Assembly (NCBI RefSeq): GCF_009914755.1
Contig: NC_060937.1
Length of the DNA stretch: 64,000 bases
From: the human T2T-CHM13v2.0 reference genome, Homo sapiens
Strand: one strand, 5' to 3'
Position numbers and translations under genes: made by a program. Under the pieces are notes generated by a model. The model saw only the letters and a program-made list of their open reading frames with translations, ran no database searches and was not told where the DNA came from. The number at the start of each line of letters is the position of its first letter. Position 1 is the stretch's first letter. Of the stretch, positions 1 to 15,472 are shown piece by piece.

Positions 1-194
1 TATAACTTTCTGATATTTGGAAGTTAATGCTACAAATAATGAGAATTTGGTTTTAGGGATTTGGTTAAAAGGTACCCAAAGAATAAAATGTAGTGGATTA
101 AAATACTTAAAATAATTGACGATCCTTGCCTAATTAGAAATATTATTGTAAATATCCAAATTACACCCAAATAAATCAGTTGTCTACAAGATCA

Positions 195-606
195 AGATTA
201 TATGATTACTACCTGTCCTTAACTCCCTTTGCTGGAGAGATTTGTCCATATCTACCTACTGCTTATTCTCACATAACTCAGAGAGTTTATCCTGACCCTA
301 TTGTCAGACTTTGTAAGGTGATTTTCTCTGGCCAGTAAGACAGGAAAGGAGGTAACTTATGCCAGTTCTCTTAGAATTTACCATCCACCACATGAATGTC
401 ATGTTTCAAATAGGGGCTTCTCCTTCAGTCTGCAACTTGTATGAGAAAATTTTTTAAAAAATCAAAACACCATAGAGGAGGAGCAAATTAAAAAAAAAAA
501 CGGCACCATGAGAAAATAAAAAAAAAACCATCATACTAGCTTTAATATGAAGAAGGAATAAACTTTGATTGTCAGTAAGATTTCTTACTACAGTAAAGCT
601 AATACA
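195..606 (+). mobile_element. Old MaLR LTR remnant (MLT1G/H-like)
   Basis: Ends in the MLT1-type terminus 'aataaactttg...ttactacagtaaagctaataca'; internal 'ggggcttctccttcagtctg'. Highly diverged, boundaries approximate. Confidence 0.45.
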
Positions 607-2883
607 GTAAGTCTTGTTAAAACCTTTATTGTCTGTTCCAAAAGTAAATCAATAAGAACTTTGATTAGTAGAAATTATTTCACAATGAGCTCTTCTAGCG
701 TTGTTGCAGAATTTAATCTATATTTACATTCCCAAAGTCTAATAAGCAGCATAACACATAACAAATAATCAATCATTAACCATTGACTGATGGATAGATG
801 AATGAGTGAATGTATATAAATGAATGAATAAATGGCACATCCAGAAGTAACTACATTATAGTAGGACCTGAAGATTCAATAAGAGATGAATACCCTCAAG
901 GGATCATAAGAGGCTCAGGGAAAATTTTGTAAACTGGTAACACTACATACTGAAAAAAACACAAGCATGAAATTGAAAAAGGTAGAAAAAAGAAATTCCA
1001 AGTGAAGTATCTTCTTGCAATTTCTCTGCACTACAGAAATTTTCTTTTCCTAATAGAGGCTGCTTTCAGGTTTCTTAGCATTTCCGTCTGTAAACGTGAA
1101 AATTTACAACACCCAATCACACTTGTAAGCTTTTAAAAATTTGTTTTTAAAATCAGATAAATGCCAGCCTGATTTTCTTTTTTCACTTTCCTAAACTGTC
1201 TACAGTATTATCTGTGAAAGATAATTATAAAAGTAATAGAAATACAGGAAAACAGTCAGTAAATGATATGTAATATACAAACTAGGTATTTTCTCCTAGA
1301 ATGTATGATTTCTGGATATTGCATTCAAAATACATTGATTTTTTTTGTATATACTGTAAATTCAGTATAAATAATACATGCTTAACTTATATTGCATATT
1401 TTATGTCAAGATATTTTAGATCTTTTCTATTTCAATCAAATGTTTGGAAAATTGTATCATTGCTGATGTTCTCTGCGTTAGAGGAATATTAGCGTTTTCA
1501 CCCAGTCGTGTGGATAAAGGGATGCAAAACCTTGTCTAGCATTCCAGAAAATAGGTCCTGCATTTTTGAGCTACATTATCTGCTTCAGTAAATGCTGTCA
1601 TTCTGCTTGGTTTTTCACTCCAAGTTGTCAGCTGCAGCGAAACCTGGATTAAACTATCCAAACTACAAAGCAGGAAAAAATAATTGAAGCTTTCTGACAC
1701 TAAAGTTACCATGTAGTCTTTAATTTGTGAGATGGTAAATATTACCCTCTCCCTTGATCTCTACTGTTTAGAACTCCCAGGGGAGAAAGCAATTGGCTTC
1801 ATTTCTAAAGCTTCTCTCAAGACAGGCAAGCAGTAAAATGTACTGCTTTATCAGAATTCTTTAGAGATTTTTATGTGAACACACTTCATTGATTATTAGT
1901 TTTCTGATGAGACTTGCTGGAGTGAAGAAGCCTCCCTAGAAAGAGATTCTCGTTCTTTGGAAAATAAAATTATGGTCTGTTAGCATGGAAACAACAATAT
2001 AGTGAAGGAGAAGTAATGGGAGAAATGGATTTTGCATGTAGAGTTTAGTAACCAGTCTTAGCATCAACTGATGGGATGGTGAGGATTTGCTGAGAAATAA
2101 TTTAGTAATACATTTGAGTGTAAAAATTTGCATTATATGTTCTTCACCTTCATTTACACTTTATTCAAAGAAAATTAGTTTCACAAATTTTCACAAAAGC
2201 ATTTATACTAAGTAGCTATAATATTTTTAGCATTTACAGATGAATAATTACAGGACATATGTGGATATAAGATTTTTTAAAAATGTTGATAACACAGAAC
2301 TAAAACTCAGATCTAAAATGGTACATAATAGAAATCACATATTTTGTTGGTACAGAAAAAATTATCAGTCATAGAGGAATTTATGGAGTACAGTGTAATT
2401 CAACTATCTGTAAATCATAATGCAAACTTTAATGAACATTTATTGAGCCACAGTTACTTGAAGTTCCTCAGTGTGAATATTTTACATAGAACACACAATA
2501 GGAAAGTTAAAGTAGTATGAAATGCATGTTCTTTTATCTGAGACTTATCTCCTGCTCTGTCACCACCTAAAGATTGTCCTGTGCTTCCCGCCTTCTTCCT
2601 TTAAAGTTGCAATCTATTGAATTACAATGCTGTAATTAATTTAGAACCTCTGGCTGCTGAAACAAAATACTATGCTGATTACTTAGTTGAACTGAGAAAA
2701 ATTGAATAATATGAATGCAAATATTACCATTTGTAGAAATGAATCATTATCATTCTCTTTTCCTAAATCAGAAATGCACTAAAATAACCCAAGTCTCTTG
2801 ACAATGTAACTAATTTCTATAGAGGATATACAGTGATGAACAACAGACTTGTGAAAATATAGAATGAACAGAAGATTGTTAAC

Positions 2884-2945
2884 AAAGCAATAAAATGAGC
2901 TACATATCTTTGGTAAAGCAATAAAATGAATTACATATCATTGGT
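2884..2945. repeat. 31-bp tandem duplication (2 copies, 3 differences)
   Basis: aaagcaataaaatgagctacatatctttggt / aaagcaataaaatgaattacatatcattggt. Confidence 0.9.
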
Positions 2946-3638
2946 ATTTTTATCTCCCTTACTTTTAGGATAGGAGTGGCAAATCTTAGTTTTAAAATGT
3001 AAATAACAACCAGAAAAAAATTGAAAATAATATCACAGTTTTATTTTATAGTATAGAAAAATTTACCAAAGCTAAATGTATCTTATAAATTTTAGATCCC
3101 ATATATGGCTTAATTTTTTAATTATAATCTTATGGATTCATTGCATTTGCTACACCACTTTAGCAAGCATCTTTGATGATATGCCTGAGTCTTTACTTCC
3201 TCTTTATGTAACTACATTTCCAGTTTACTTTTGCAGATTGACTAACCTATGTAAAATATCTAGTATAAAAAATATTCTATACTCTAATACTCCCTGAGCT
3301 CTTATGGAATTGAAATGTACACATAGGATCAGACATGTGCAAGGATTACATGCATGTGCCCCTCATGAAGTAATTATGTCAGTATTTTTATTTTAATGTA
3401 AAGAAAAGAGTTTATGCTTTTACTTTGAAGTACTTTATTCTAATAAACTACTTTCTGTATTATTTTATTTCTAAGATACATTTTTACTTGTTTCACATAT
3501 TATCTTGTAAATATCTTCTCTGTGTAAGCTCTTCAAATAAAAGTAAACACAAAATACAAAAATGTTACATAAAATATTGATGGCTCTCTCTATATGAATA
3601 TTTTGCTAGTCCAGACTATTGATCTTATTCCAACTTGG

Positions 3639-4255
3639 TGTCAAATAAAACACAGCTCCGGACTTAGTAAGGAGAGACTCTATTCAAAAGGATTATTACA
3701 AACTGAAGAAAGAAACTATTAAATTCAGGAGAAGGCTCTGACCATAAGATCTGTGTCTTAATTGTTTTGTAAAAAGTGTTTCCTGTTGTTTTAAGTATAA
3801 AGAGGGGTAATTAAGGCTAGAAACAATCAAGTGTGAGAAAGTAAAATGGATTTAAAAAGTGAAATAATTTGATAGTATATTAGAAATAGTTTTGCCTGAG
3901 GCCAGCCTATCCTCAGAAGGGACTATATGCTGACTCAGCCTGAGGGGAACTTCAGTTCAGTGGCCTGGAGGAAAGAGAGAAGCTTAACCAAAGTTTGATT
4001 AACAAGCATTTTGTACCCATTGTCCAGTAGAGACAAGCGGTTCCACTAATCGTTTACAAGTTCAAGAAAGAGAATTTTAAAGGTCCCCGTTTAGACTTGT
4101 CATAGGTAAACCACGGAGGCATCTAAGAATCTTATTTAAGTAATATGGAGAAGGGTGGTTCTCTGCAGTAAGCTATACTTTGGAAAACAAAGGGTGGGAA
4201 AGTTTCTTAACTTGCACTGCTGTTCAAAATGATAGGGCAAAAAAGAAATTCAACA
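3639..4255 (-). mobile_element. ERV1 solo LTR (MER67/MER31-type)
   Basis: TG...CA termini (tgtcaaataaaa...aaattcaaca), 4-bp flanks ttgg/ttgt; both ends match the reverse complement of the LTR at 46143-47121. Confidence 0.65.
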
Positions 4256-4354
4256 TTGTTGGCGGTCACGATTTTAAAATCTTGTCCTTTATTGCAGCTT
4301 TATAATGTCTTTACCATCAATTTGTCACAACGCAGGAAATAATGTTTTAAAATG

Positions 4355-5515
4355 CATGGAATTTGTGGATTTATTTCTGAGCTTCTATTTCATTGTTCTA
4401 TATGACCATTTTTGTGCCAGTACCATGCTGTTTTGATTACTACGGGTTTGTGGTATATTTTGAAGGCAGGTAGTGTGATGCCCCCAGTTTGTTTGTTTTG
4501 TTTTGTTTATCTTGTTCAGGATTGGTTTGGCTATTTGGGGTCTTTCATGGTTACATACAAATTTTAGGATTTTTTTTCTATTTCTATGGAAAAAATCACT
4601 GAAATTTTATTGCAGATTGCATTGAATCTGTAAATCACTTTGGATATACAGACAACTGAACAATATTAATCCTTCCGACGCATAAACACTGGATAGCTTT
4701 CCATTTATTTGTGCCTTTTTCAATTTATTTAATCAATGTCTTATATTTTTCTGTGTGTGTGTCCTTCATCACTTTAGTTAAATTTATTTCTAAATATTTT
4801 ATATTTTTGTTAGGGTTGTTTTCTTGATTTTTGTGTAGTTCATTGTTAATGTATGGAAATGTTACTCTATGATCCCAGAATCCCACTACTAGATAAACAA
4901 TCAAAAGAAATGAAGTCAGTTTGTCAAAAATATATCTGGACTCCCATGTTCATTACAACGTTATTCGCAATAGCTAAGGTATGGAATCAACCTAAGTTCC
5001 GATATATAAATGGATAAAGAAAATGTGGTATATACACAGAATAGAATATTATTAAGCCTTAAAAATGGAGGAATCCTGTCATTTGCAATAACATGAACGA
5101 ACCTGGAGAACATTATGTTACACAAAATAAGTCATGCATGAAAGGAGAAATGCTGCATGATGTCACTTACATGTGGAATCTAAAAAAGTTGAACTCATAA
5201 GTAAAGAGTAAATGGTGCTTACCAGAAGCTGGGAGTGGGGCTGGTTGGAAAAAATGATGGTCAAAGGATATAAAATGTCAGTTTCATAGAATAAATAACT
5301 TTAAAAAATCTAGAATACAAAATGGTAACTATAATTAATAATAATATATTTTAAAATTTTTCTAACAAAATAGATTTTAAGTGTTCTCATTATAAAAAAT
5401 GATAAATGTGAAATAATACACATGTTAATAAGCAATTGCACCATGTATATATACTTCAAACTAACATGTTCATGATAAATATATACAAATTTTGTCTATT
5501 AAAAATGTAAATAAA
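4355..5515 (+). mobile_element. L1MA-type element with 5' inversion (antisense ORF2 piece ~4355-4866, sense 3' end ~4867-5515)
   Basis: Antisense 'tttgtgccagtaccatgctgttttgattact' is followed by sense 'tatgatcccagaatcccactact...gaaaatgtggtatatacac' and an L1MA 3' UTR. Confidence 0.8.
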
Positions 5516-7157
5516 ATATTTTTTAGAATGATTCATATTTAATGTAGAAATATTTCCAAGATGTATTATTACACAAATAATATACATTTCAAAACAGTAT
5601 GAAAAATACAATTTTAAAAAATGCATGAAAATCCAAATTATACATTTTATAGATGTACATACAATATTTAAAAAAATAGCTTTGAATTATTTTGTCCTAA
5701 TTGCATATATTAAGAATGAGTGCTAACTGTTTAAAATATAAAAAACACTGTCCACAACTTTATACTCACCAATAGAGGAGTGAATAAATTCAACATAGTA
5801 TTTATATATAAGAACTAAAATCATGTGGAAGAAATGTGTTTTAAATATATATGTACATAACCTTAAAGTTTTCAAATTGTCGTATTTATGTAGAAGTATA
5901 GAAATCATATGAAAAAATATATCTTTAAAATACATTGAAAACCTTAAAAACAAATTTATCAAATGATAACTAGGTTCCAGTTTTTATAAAGCAGATAATT
6001 ACACCAAACTATTAAATATTGTTATGCGATTTTTATGTTGTGATTTTTTTCACTATAGAACTTTAGATAATTTTAAAAATGTAAACTCGTCTTCATATCA
6101 TAGTGAATCCACAATAATCATGGCTTTCATGTGTCATAAAAAATATATTAACTGAAATGAGATTTTTCATGTAGCTGAAAACGTAAGGATGAAACCAATA
6201 TTTGCCTTAAGTTTAGAGTTGGAATTGGTCTATAAGACCAATTGGTTTAAAAATTTTTGAAATATTTTCTATAGAGAATAAAAAAATAACACCTATTTAG
6301 AATCTTTCAGGTTTATAAGTAAAATGACAACTCAATAATGTTTATTCCTCTTGTACTCCACATGCAATTTCTCTCTTCTCTCAACCCTTATGGCACTTTT
6401 TTGCTCTCCACTTAAGAAATGTTTCATATTCATTCTTGTATTTTGCATATTTACCTACTACTATTTTCTTTCTTATTAGACTGCAACTTCTTGAGAATGG
6501 TGTAATGGGGAGAAAATTGGCTTTAAATTCCAGATATGAATCTTACTAACTGAATTTACCTCATTAATACAGTTTCTTACCTATAATTATATCGTGTGGA
6601 CTGGAAATAAGTGATGATAGTAACACAGATAGAAAATGTATAAATACTTGAAATATAAAGTAACTTGGATCATCATTTGTACATTTTCCTTGTTTGTTCT
6701 ACATTTTTTTATTCACACAAAAATAATTTGCACTGACTTTCTAAAGGTCAAAAATATGACAATGTCACCAGGAGTGAAATCACAGATAGACATAAATTAC
6801 CATAGCTCATTACAAAATCAGTCTATTTGTGATTTTCAAAATTAATCATGTTTGATAAGCTTTAACAAGCAATACTCATATAATAAAAGTAAATAACAAT
6901 TATCTGTATTGCAATGCAAAAGAAGAAATTGAAATTGTTGCATGATATAAAGAAGTACAATCTACATTAGACAACTTTCCCAATAAAGATTTAATCTCTA
7001 ATTTTTGAGCCTGATAATTAGCACACATGATGCATTCATAAAATCAATCTCTATTTTATTATTTTACTTATTAAATCTGTTACAAAAATAACTGAAAATT
7101 TTTGTTCGATTATTCATATATGTACATATATAGATAGATATATGTAATATATATGTG

Positions 7158-8935
<1,778 letters not shown>

Positions 8936-8938
8936 ATG

Positions 8939-9002
8939 CACACACACACAGAGACACAGACACATACACACACATACACACACACAAACACACACTCACA
9001 CA
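8939..9002. repeat. Imperfect (CA)n microsatellite
   Basis: cacacacacacagagacacagacacatacacac... Confidence 0.9.
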
Positions 9003-9004
9003 AT

Positions 9005-11152
9005 CCAGGTAATTAAAAAGTCTATGGAAAATGTGTATTATGAAGAAAAAACCATGCATGGATTTCTAATTTTTTGCAACAAAATAAATCCATAATAGTT
9101 TTTTTATAATATGTCCAAACAGGATGTAGTTTGAGGCGCTGAGAAAGATAAAACATCAGTTTGAAAAAAGCCATTATCAGAGGAACATAAATTCTACTTA
9201 AATTGAAGAAGGTGAAAGAATGATGAAATTATTGATGCATTTCAGGTTTAAAAGGATATTGCTCCAAGGAAATCATCAGTTTACAAATTGATAGCTCATT
9301 TTAAGAAGGGATGAGACAATGTTGAAGACAAAGCCTGCAGAGACAGACCACCCACATCAATTGTAAAGAAAAGATTTATCTTGCTTGGTTCCTAATTGAA
9401 GAAGACAAACAACAGCACAAACAAAAGCCAATGCCATAGCTATCTGAATTTGTTGAATGTACAGAATTATGACTGAAAAATTAAGGTTGAGCAAACTTTC
9501 CACTAGACAGATGCCAAAATTTCTGTGCCCAGATCAAGTGAAAATAAAAACAGAGCTTTCAATGAAAATTTTAAACAAGTGGAATCAAGATTCTAAAGCA
9601 TTTTTTCAAATTATTGTAACAGCAGATGAAACATGGCTTTACCAGTACAATTCAGAAGACTAAGCGCAATCAAAGCAATGGCTACCAAAAGGTGAATTGG
9701 TTCATTGAAACCAAAAGCAAACCAGCCAAGAGGAAAAATCATGGCCACAGTATTTAGGGATGCTCAGGACATTTTGCTTGTCGACTTTCTTGAGTGTTAA
9801 AGAAATAACATCTGCTTATTATGAGAGTGTTTTGAGAAAATTAGCCAAGCTTTAGCAGAAAAGTGTCCAGGTAAGTTTCACCAGAAAGACCTTCTCCACC
9901 ATGACAATTCTCCTACTCATTCCTGTTATCAAACAAGAGCAAGTTTGTGAAAATTTTGATGGGAAATCATACGAATATATGTTTAGTCATATTTGGCTCC
10001 TTTTTTTTCTTTCTTTTTTTAATTATTATTATACTTTAAGTTTTAGGGTACATGTGCACAATGTGCAGGTTAGTTACATATGTATACATGTGCCATGCTG
10101 GTGTGCTGCACCCATTAACTCGTCGTTTAGCATTAGGTATATCTCCTAATGCTATCCCTCCCCCTCCCCCCACCCCACAACAGTCCCCAGAGTATGATGT
10201 TCCCCTTCCTGTGTCCATGTGTTCTCATTGTTCAATTCCCATCAATGAGTGAGAACATGCGGTGTTTGGTTTTTTGTCCTTGTGATAGTTTACTGAGAAT
10301 GATGATTTCCAGCTTCATCCATGTCCCTACAAAGGACATGAACTCATCATTTTTTATGGCTGCATAGTATTCCATGGTGTATATGTGCCACATTTTCTTA
10401 ATCCAGTCTATCATTGTTGGACATTTGGGTTGGTTCCAAGTCTTTGCTATTGTGAATAGTGCTGCTATAAACATACATGTGCGTGTGTCTTTATAGCAGC
10501 ATGATTTATAGTCCTTTGGGTATATACCCAGTAATGGGATGGCTGAGTCAAATGATATTTCTAGTTCTAGATCCCTGAGGAATCGCCACACTGACTTCCA
10601 CAATGGTTGAACGAGTTTACAGTCCCACCAACAGTGTAAAAGTGTTCCTATTTCTCCACATCCTCTCCAGCACCTGTTGTTTCCTGACTTTTTAATGATC
10701 GCCATTCTAACTGGTGTGAGATGGTATCTCATTGTGGTTTTGATTTGCATTTTTCTGATGGCCAGTGATGATGAGCATTTTTTCATGTGTCTTTTGGCTG
10801 CATAAATGTCTTCTTTTGAGAAGTGTCTGTTCATATCCTTTGCCCACTTTTTGATGGGGTTGTTTGTCTTTTTCTTGTAAATTTGTTTGAGGCTCCTTTT
10901 AAGTACTTTTTGTTTCCTAATCTTAAAAAATTTTTTTGAGGTCACCAATTTTTTTCAGTTAATAATTTTAAAAAGACTACATTGACATGGGTTAGTTTTC
11001 AGGACTCTCCATTCTTTAAGGATGGACTAAATGGCTGGTATCATTGCTTACAAGTGTTTTGACCTTTATGAAACTTATGTTCAGGAGTTAAGCTTATGTT
11101 TTTAATGTTCATCTTTTCATTTCATTTCCATGAACTTTTTGAAGTCCTCTTG
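9005..11152 (+). mobile_element. HSMAR2 mariner DNA transposon, near full length, dead transposase, interrupted by L1PA at 10005-10890
   Basis: TIR remnants 'aaaaagtctatggaaa' and 'tttccatgaactttttgaagtcctcttg'; transposase motifs IVTADETWLYQY (ORF 9457-9663), LHHDN (~9894) and 'ttggctcc' (LAP of YSPDLAP) at the L1 insertion point; stops and frameshifts present. Confidence 0.93.
10005..10890 (-). mobile_element. 5'-truncated L1PA (about PA3/PA4): ORF2 end, 3' UTR and poly(A)
   Basis: ORF 10232-10948(-) is the L1 ORF2p C-terminus with an intact CCHC knuckle; perfect 10-bp TSD ggctcctttt (9995-10004, 10891-10900) at a TT/AAAA site on the minus strand. Confidence 0.97.
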
Positions 11153-11241
11153 TGTATATATATGTATATGCACATATATACATATGTGTATACATCTACA
11201 TATTTATACATATATGTGCATATACATATATGTGTATATAT
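11153..11241. repeat. (TA/CA/TG) low-complexity microsatellite at the mariner TA target site
   Basis: tgtatatatatgtatatgcacatatatacatatgtg... Confidence 0.85.
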
Positions 11242-11399
11242 GACAGATTTAAAATTTACATATGTGTTTACTATTTTAAGTAAATGGTTTATTATTTGTA
11301 TTTCTTGTATATTACTTAGATACTAAACATTTGGGAAATATAATTTGAAACTATTGCATTCTGATAAAAATTTTAGCATTTTGCATATGTATCACTAGA

Positions 11400-11590
11400 C
11401 AATTTATTGAGCAATAATTATATATTCAACTTTATGTATAGCACTTGATGTATTTGATTATATTTATCCTCACAACAACAGAAGCTTCATTTTTCAGATC
11501 AATCAACTGAGGATAAAAGAGTTTACAATATATTTCTTAGTTTAGCAGGCTAATAAATGCCAAAACTTAGATACATGTAAGTCCTAGTAT
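11400..11590 (-). mobile_element. MIR remnant
   Basis: 'tttatcctcacaacaac...catttttcagatcaatcaactgagg' is the antisense MIR core. Confidence 0.6.
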
Positions 11591-13418
11591 GCTTAGTATC
11601 AAAATGTGTGACATATTCTACAGATATACATACAAACCCATAAAATTTAACTGAATGTGAATATAATTATCATTAATGTTTTTCCATCTATATTATACCC
11701 ACATGGAACATAAATATTTATGTATATTTCTCATATGAGTTTCCATATCTATATATAGATAGTAGTCAGGCAGGAAATATATTTCCATCTTCATGTTTAA
11801 AATAAATTTACATAAAATATTGATGACTATAAAATTATTTACATATTCAAGATATTTAGTTATAAAAATATATGTCAATACAACAAAATTACTTGTGGCT
11901 TTAAATTTCCCATTTAAAAAATATAATGCCTTACTCAGAAAAATCAATTTGTAATGTAATTCATTCCATTTGCATGCTTATGTCAGGGTCTCATGCATGA
12001 TAATGAAAAGAAAATGTACACATTGAAAAAGAAAATACAGCAGGCTTTATGTGATAATCTTGCAATGAAAATAAAGTACCAACGTTTGTTAAAAAACATT
12101 TTCATATACTGAACTAATTGTATAAGAATGTTATGTTTCATTATTTCTCTATTTTAATAACAGGACATTCTATTTATAAACTAAATTCTTTTCTGTTGAA
12201 TTGGGACTAATAGATTACACTATAGATATCAAGTGTATATTAATACTTAGTGGTATTAGTTAAAACATATTTATAGTGTTTGTATTCTTGGTAAATGTAA
12301 TGCAAAATAACATATCAAAACAACAGCAAAAAAACCCGCATTTATGTAGTTAATTGACTGTTAACTTTGGGGAAAATGTAGCAACTTTTATTATGCATGC
12401 ACATTTGATGCTGCTTCAAATAAATAAAGTAGTAGGAATGTGAATTGTTTCTATATATTCAGATTTTAGGACATTATTTACATGCCAGGTGGCTGTGACT
12501 TAAAATAATTTTGGATAATTATACAATAAATAAATAGAGACCTATAATTCCATGGATGTTATTTCAGACACAATTAACGTAAAACAATTATGAATCTTTT
12601 CAAAATTAACATGGCAGCTCAAGCATTGTTATCTGCAAATACCACACTGCTGTTTCCTTTGTTAGTTAAAACCAATTTAAATTATCTATAAAAATGATAT
12701 GGGCATTGGAAATTTCTATAACCTGTAGGATTTTATATACATTCACTTAATTTAAAGGTCTCATTATGCATAGAAATTCCATTAGTTTGTTATATTTTGA
12801 GTAAAAAAATGTATTTAGTTAAAAAAGATCTTTAAACAAGTTTTATTTATTTTTTACTATTTGTACTTTACTCTCACAAATTTATCTTAGGAATCGCAAA
12901 CTCCATTGTCATTTTAAGAAACTACAATACATGCAGATATATAAATTCCTTAGTTAAGATCTATTGCAAGTGAATTTTTTCAATTAAAAAATACAGTATA
13001 TTATTCTAGTATGTGTTTTATGAAATATTTTATGCATATTTAAACCATGCTCAGTACAGTAGCAAATCTAGTAAATAAAATAACAAATTTTTATGTTTAA
13101 AATATAGGACATTACTATTTCCATATGGGCTAAAATTTGTATGTTTTGTAGGGTATAAAAAGAAAATAGCAACTTATTTATGAATAATTGATTCTTCTTC
13201 CCAGAGGAATGTAGATCTTTTAGATAAAACTAGAATATTGATCTCTTTGCTTTCTCCCTATCATTAAATTTTTACCTACATTTTTAAGGCAGATTAAACC
13301 CCATTTTCCCAGAAAATCCTTCAAAAAGAATCCATTGAGTCTGGGGGCTTATAATAGTTACCATAGATACGTATATTTTATAAGCATATGCTTCCTATTC
13401 CTGTTAGCATTAATCATT

Positions 13419-13846
13419 TTCTATGGTTTGAATATGTCCCCTAAAAGTCCACGTGTTACAAACCTTGTTCACAATGCAGCAGTGTTGAGACGTGGGACCT
13501 TTAAGAGGTGATCGGGTGCTGAGGATTCTGCCCTCATGAATAGATTATTCCATTCATAGATTGACAGTTCGATGGGTTATTGAGTAAGAGGGTTATTTAT
13601 GAGACTCAGTTTGTTAAAAAAAAAAGCCAGTTTGGCCATCTCTTGTTAGCCCCCTTGCCATGTGATGCCATGTGCTATCTTTACAGGGACTTTACAGGGA
13701 TAGCCACCAGCAAGAAGGACTTCAACAGGTATAGCCCTTTGACCTTAAGCTTCCTAGCTTCCAGAACTCTAAGAAATAAACATATTTTCTTTATAATTTT
13801 CTAGTCTCAAGCATTGAGTTATAACAACAGAAAAAGGACTAAGACA
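13419..13846 (+). mobile_element. MaLR MST-type solo LTR
   Basis: ctatggtttgaatatgtcccc...ggactaagaca; 5-bp TSD tcatt/tcatc. Confidence 0.9.
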
Positions 13847-14711
13847 TCATCCATTGGTACCCGCCAGGCTCCCACTAATAGTTCTAAGGTTTGTGAGTTT
13901 AGCAAATTCTTGCTTTAGTTTTTAAAGAAAACCTTTAGGTGTGGTCAAATGATAATAGTTAAGAATGAATGAAAAGTTTTGAACCTCTAATCTTGCTCTC
14001 TATATTTGTACTATCCTAAAATTTCATACCAATATAAATAGAAAATAGAATAATTGTCTTCACCAAATCAACCATAAAAACATTAATGACAATAATTTTT
14101 TGGTGGACTTGCTATGTGTTGGATAATGTGTTAAGTGTTTAATATGCAACATATCATTTAATTGTATTTTACATCTTTGTTATCTTATATATATTACACA
14201 TATACATACACACACACAATTATATATACTATGGTTTAAAATGTCCTCAACCACTTTGTGAGATGTACAAATATTATGAGATAAAGTTATGATTGTCAAA
14301 AGTCTTACCAAAGAGGCGTGAAAATAATCACCACACACTAAATCCAGTCACTTTTATGTTTGTCCCTCACCCAAACAAATGGAAAACTTCTTGTTTCTGC
14401 TTATTAAACTCGGTTTATAGCCTACATGAAGCTCTCTATATTCTTAACAAAAAATCTCATATTGCTGTCAGTTCTTTGCTCCTATAGTGTGGAAAAAAAT
14501 TTTGAAGTTTAATGTTCTAGCATACTCTAGTTACGTGTTTTCTTATCTTTATCTTATATATAAAACTATGAAATTCTGGAAAAAAAGGACATAGAACTTT
14601 TCTATATGTCTCTACATGTTTATTATTATGTACAGATTATGGTATAAAATATTAGCAGCATCTTTATAAATAAGTAAATGAGAATAATAAAATTAGTCAT
14701 GAAACTCTGCA

Positions 14712-15006
14712 TTTTTTTTTTTGAGACAGACAGTCTCAGTCGCTTAGACTGGAGAGCAGTTGCATAATCACAGTTCACTCAAGCCTTGAATTTCTGGGCT
14801 CAGGAGATCCTCTAGCCTCAGCCTCCTGTGTAGCTAGGACCAAAGGGGCACACCACCACACCTGGTAATTTTTTTTATTTTTAATTTGCAGAGATGAGGT
14901 CACACTGTGTTGCCAAGGCTAGTCTCACACCCCTGGCCTTAAGTGATCATCCTGCCTTGGCCTCCAAAAGTGCTGAAACTACAGGCATGAGCTACTGTGC
15001 CCAACC
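14712..15006 (-). mobile_element. AluJ
   Basis: Diverged antisense Alu dimer with J-type 'ctgggctcaggagatcc'; TSD actctgcatt. Confidence 0.92.
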
Positions 15007-15472
15007 TATACTCTGCATTCTTAAGAATTATGTAAATGTTACCAAAAAAGAGATTATTAGATCTAGTGTAATCCAACAGAACTTTAGATGTGTGGGTAAA
15101 TATATAAAGAAACAATGAAAGAACACCTTAAGTAGGAAAAAACTGCCATTAGAATATATTTTTTATAAAATATAGAGAACAAAAGTCTTTCTAGAAGTCA
15201 TTTTATATGGAAAACATATAAAGTGTAAACGTAACAATAATATCACAAAGATCAGATAATGGAGGGCCTCCAAAGCAAGGCAAAATGTTTTAAGCATTTT
15301 CTGGCAGGTGATCAAAGTCACTGAAGTAAGTACTTGATCATAGGTGTCAAATGCAAAGGGTGGTGGCTCAGGAAAAGTATCCAAGACAGATAAAAGAAAT
15401 GTAAATCAGTAAAACCAACCTGGAGCAGTACAGTTGTTTAATCTTGAAGTGGGGAGAGTCTCCATTAGGGGA

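Noticed and set aside
2884-2945. Direct repeats as a CRISPR-like array
   Set aside because: Two adjacent copies with no spacer, in eukaryotic DNA; this is a simple tandem duplication.
9457-9663. Active or domesticated mariner transposase
   Set aside because: Only 68 aa are open; there are stops, frameshifts, a deletion and an L1 insertion.
10232-10948. 238-aa ORF as a fusion gene
   Set aside because: It is an L1 ORF2 tail read in from antisense HSMAR2 sequence by chance; there is no evidence of expression.
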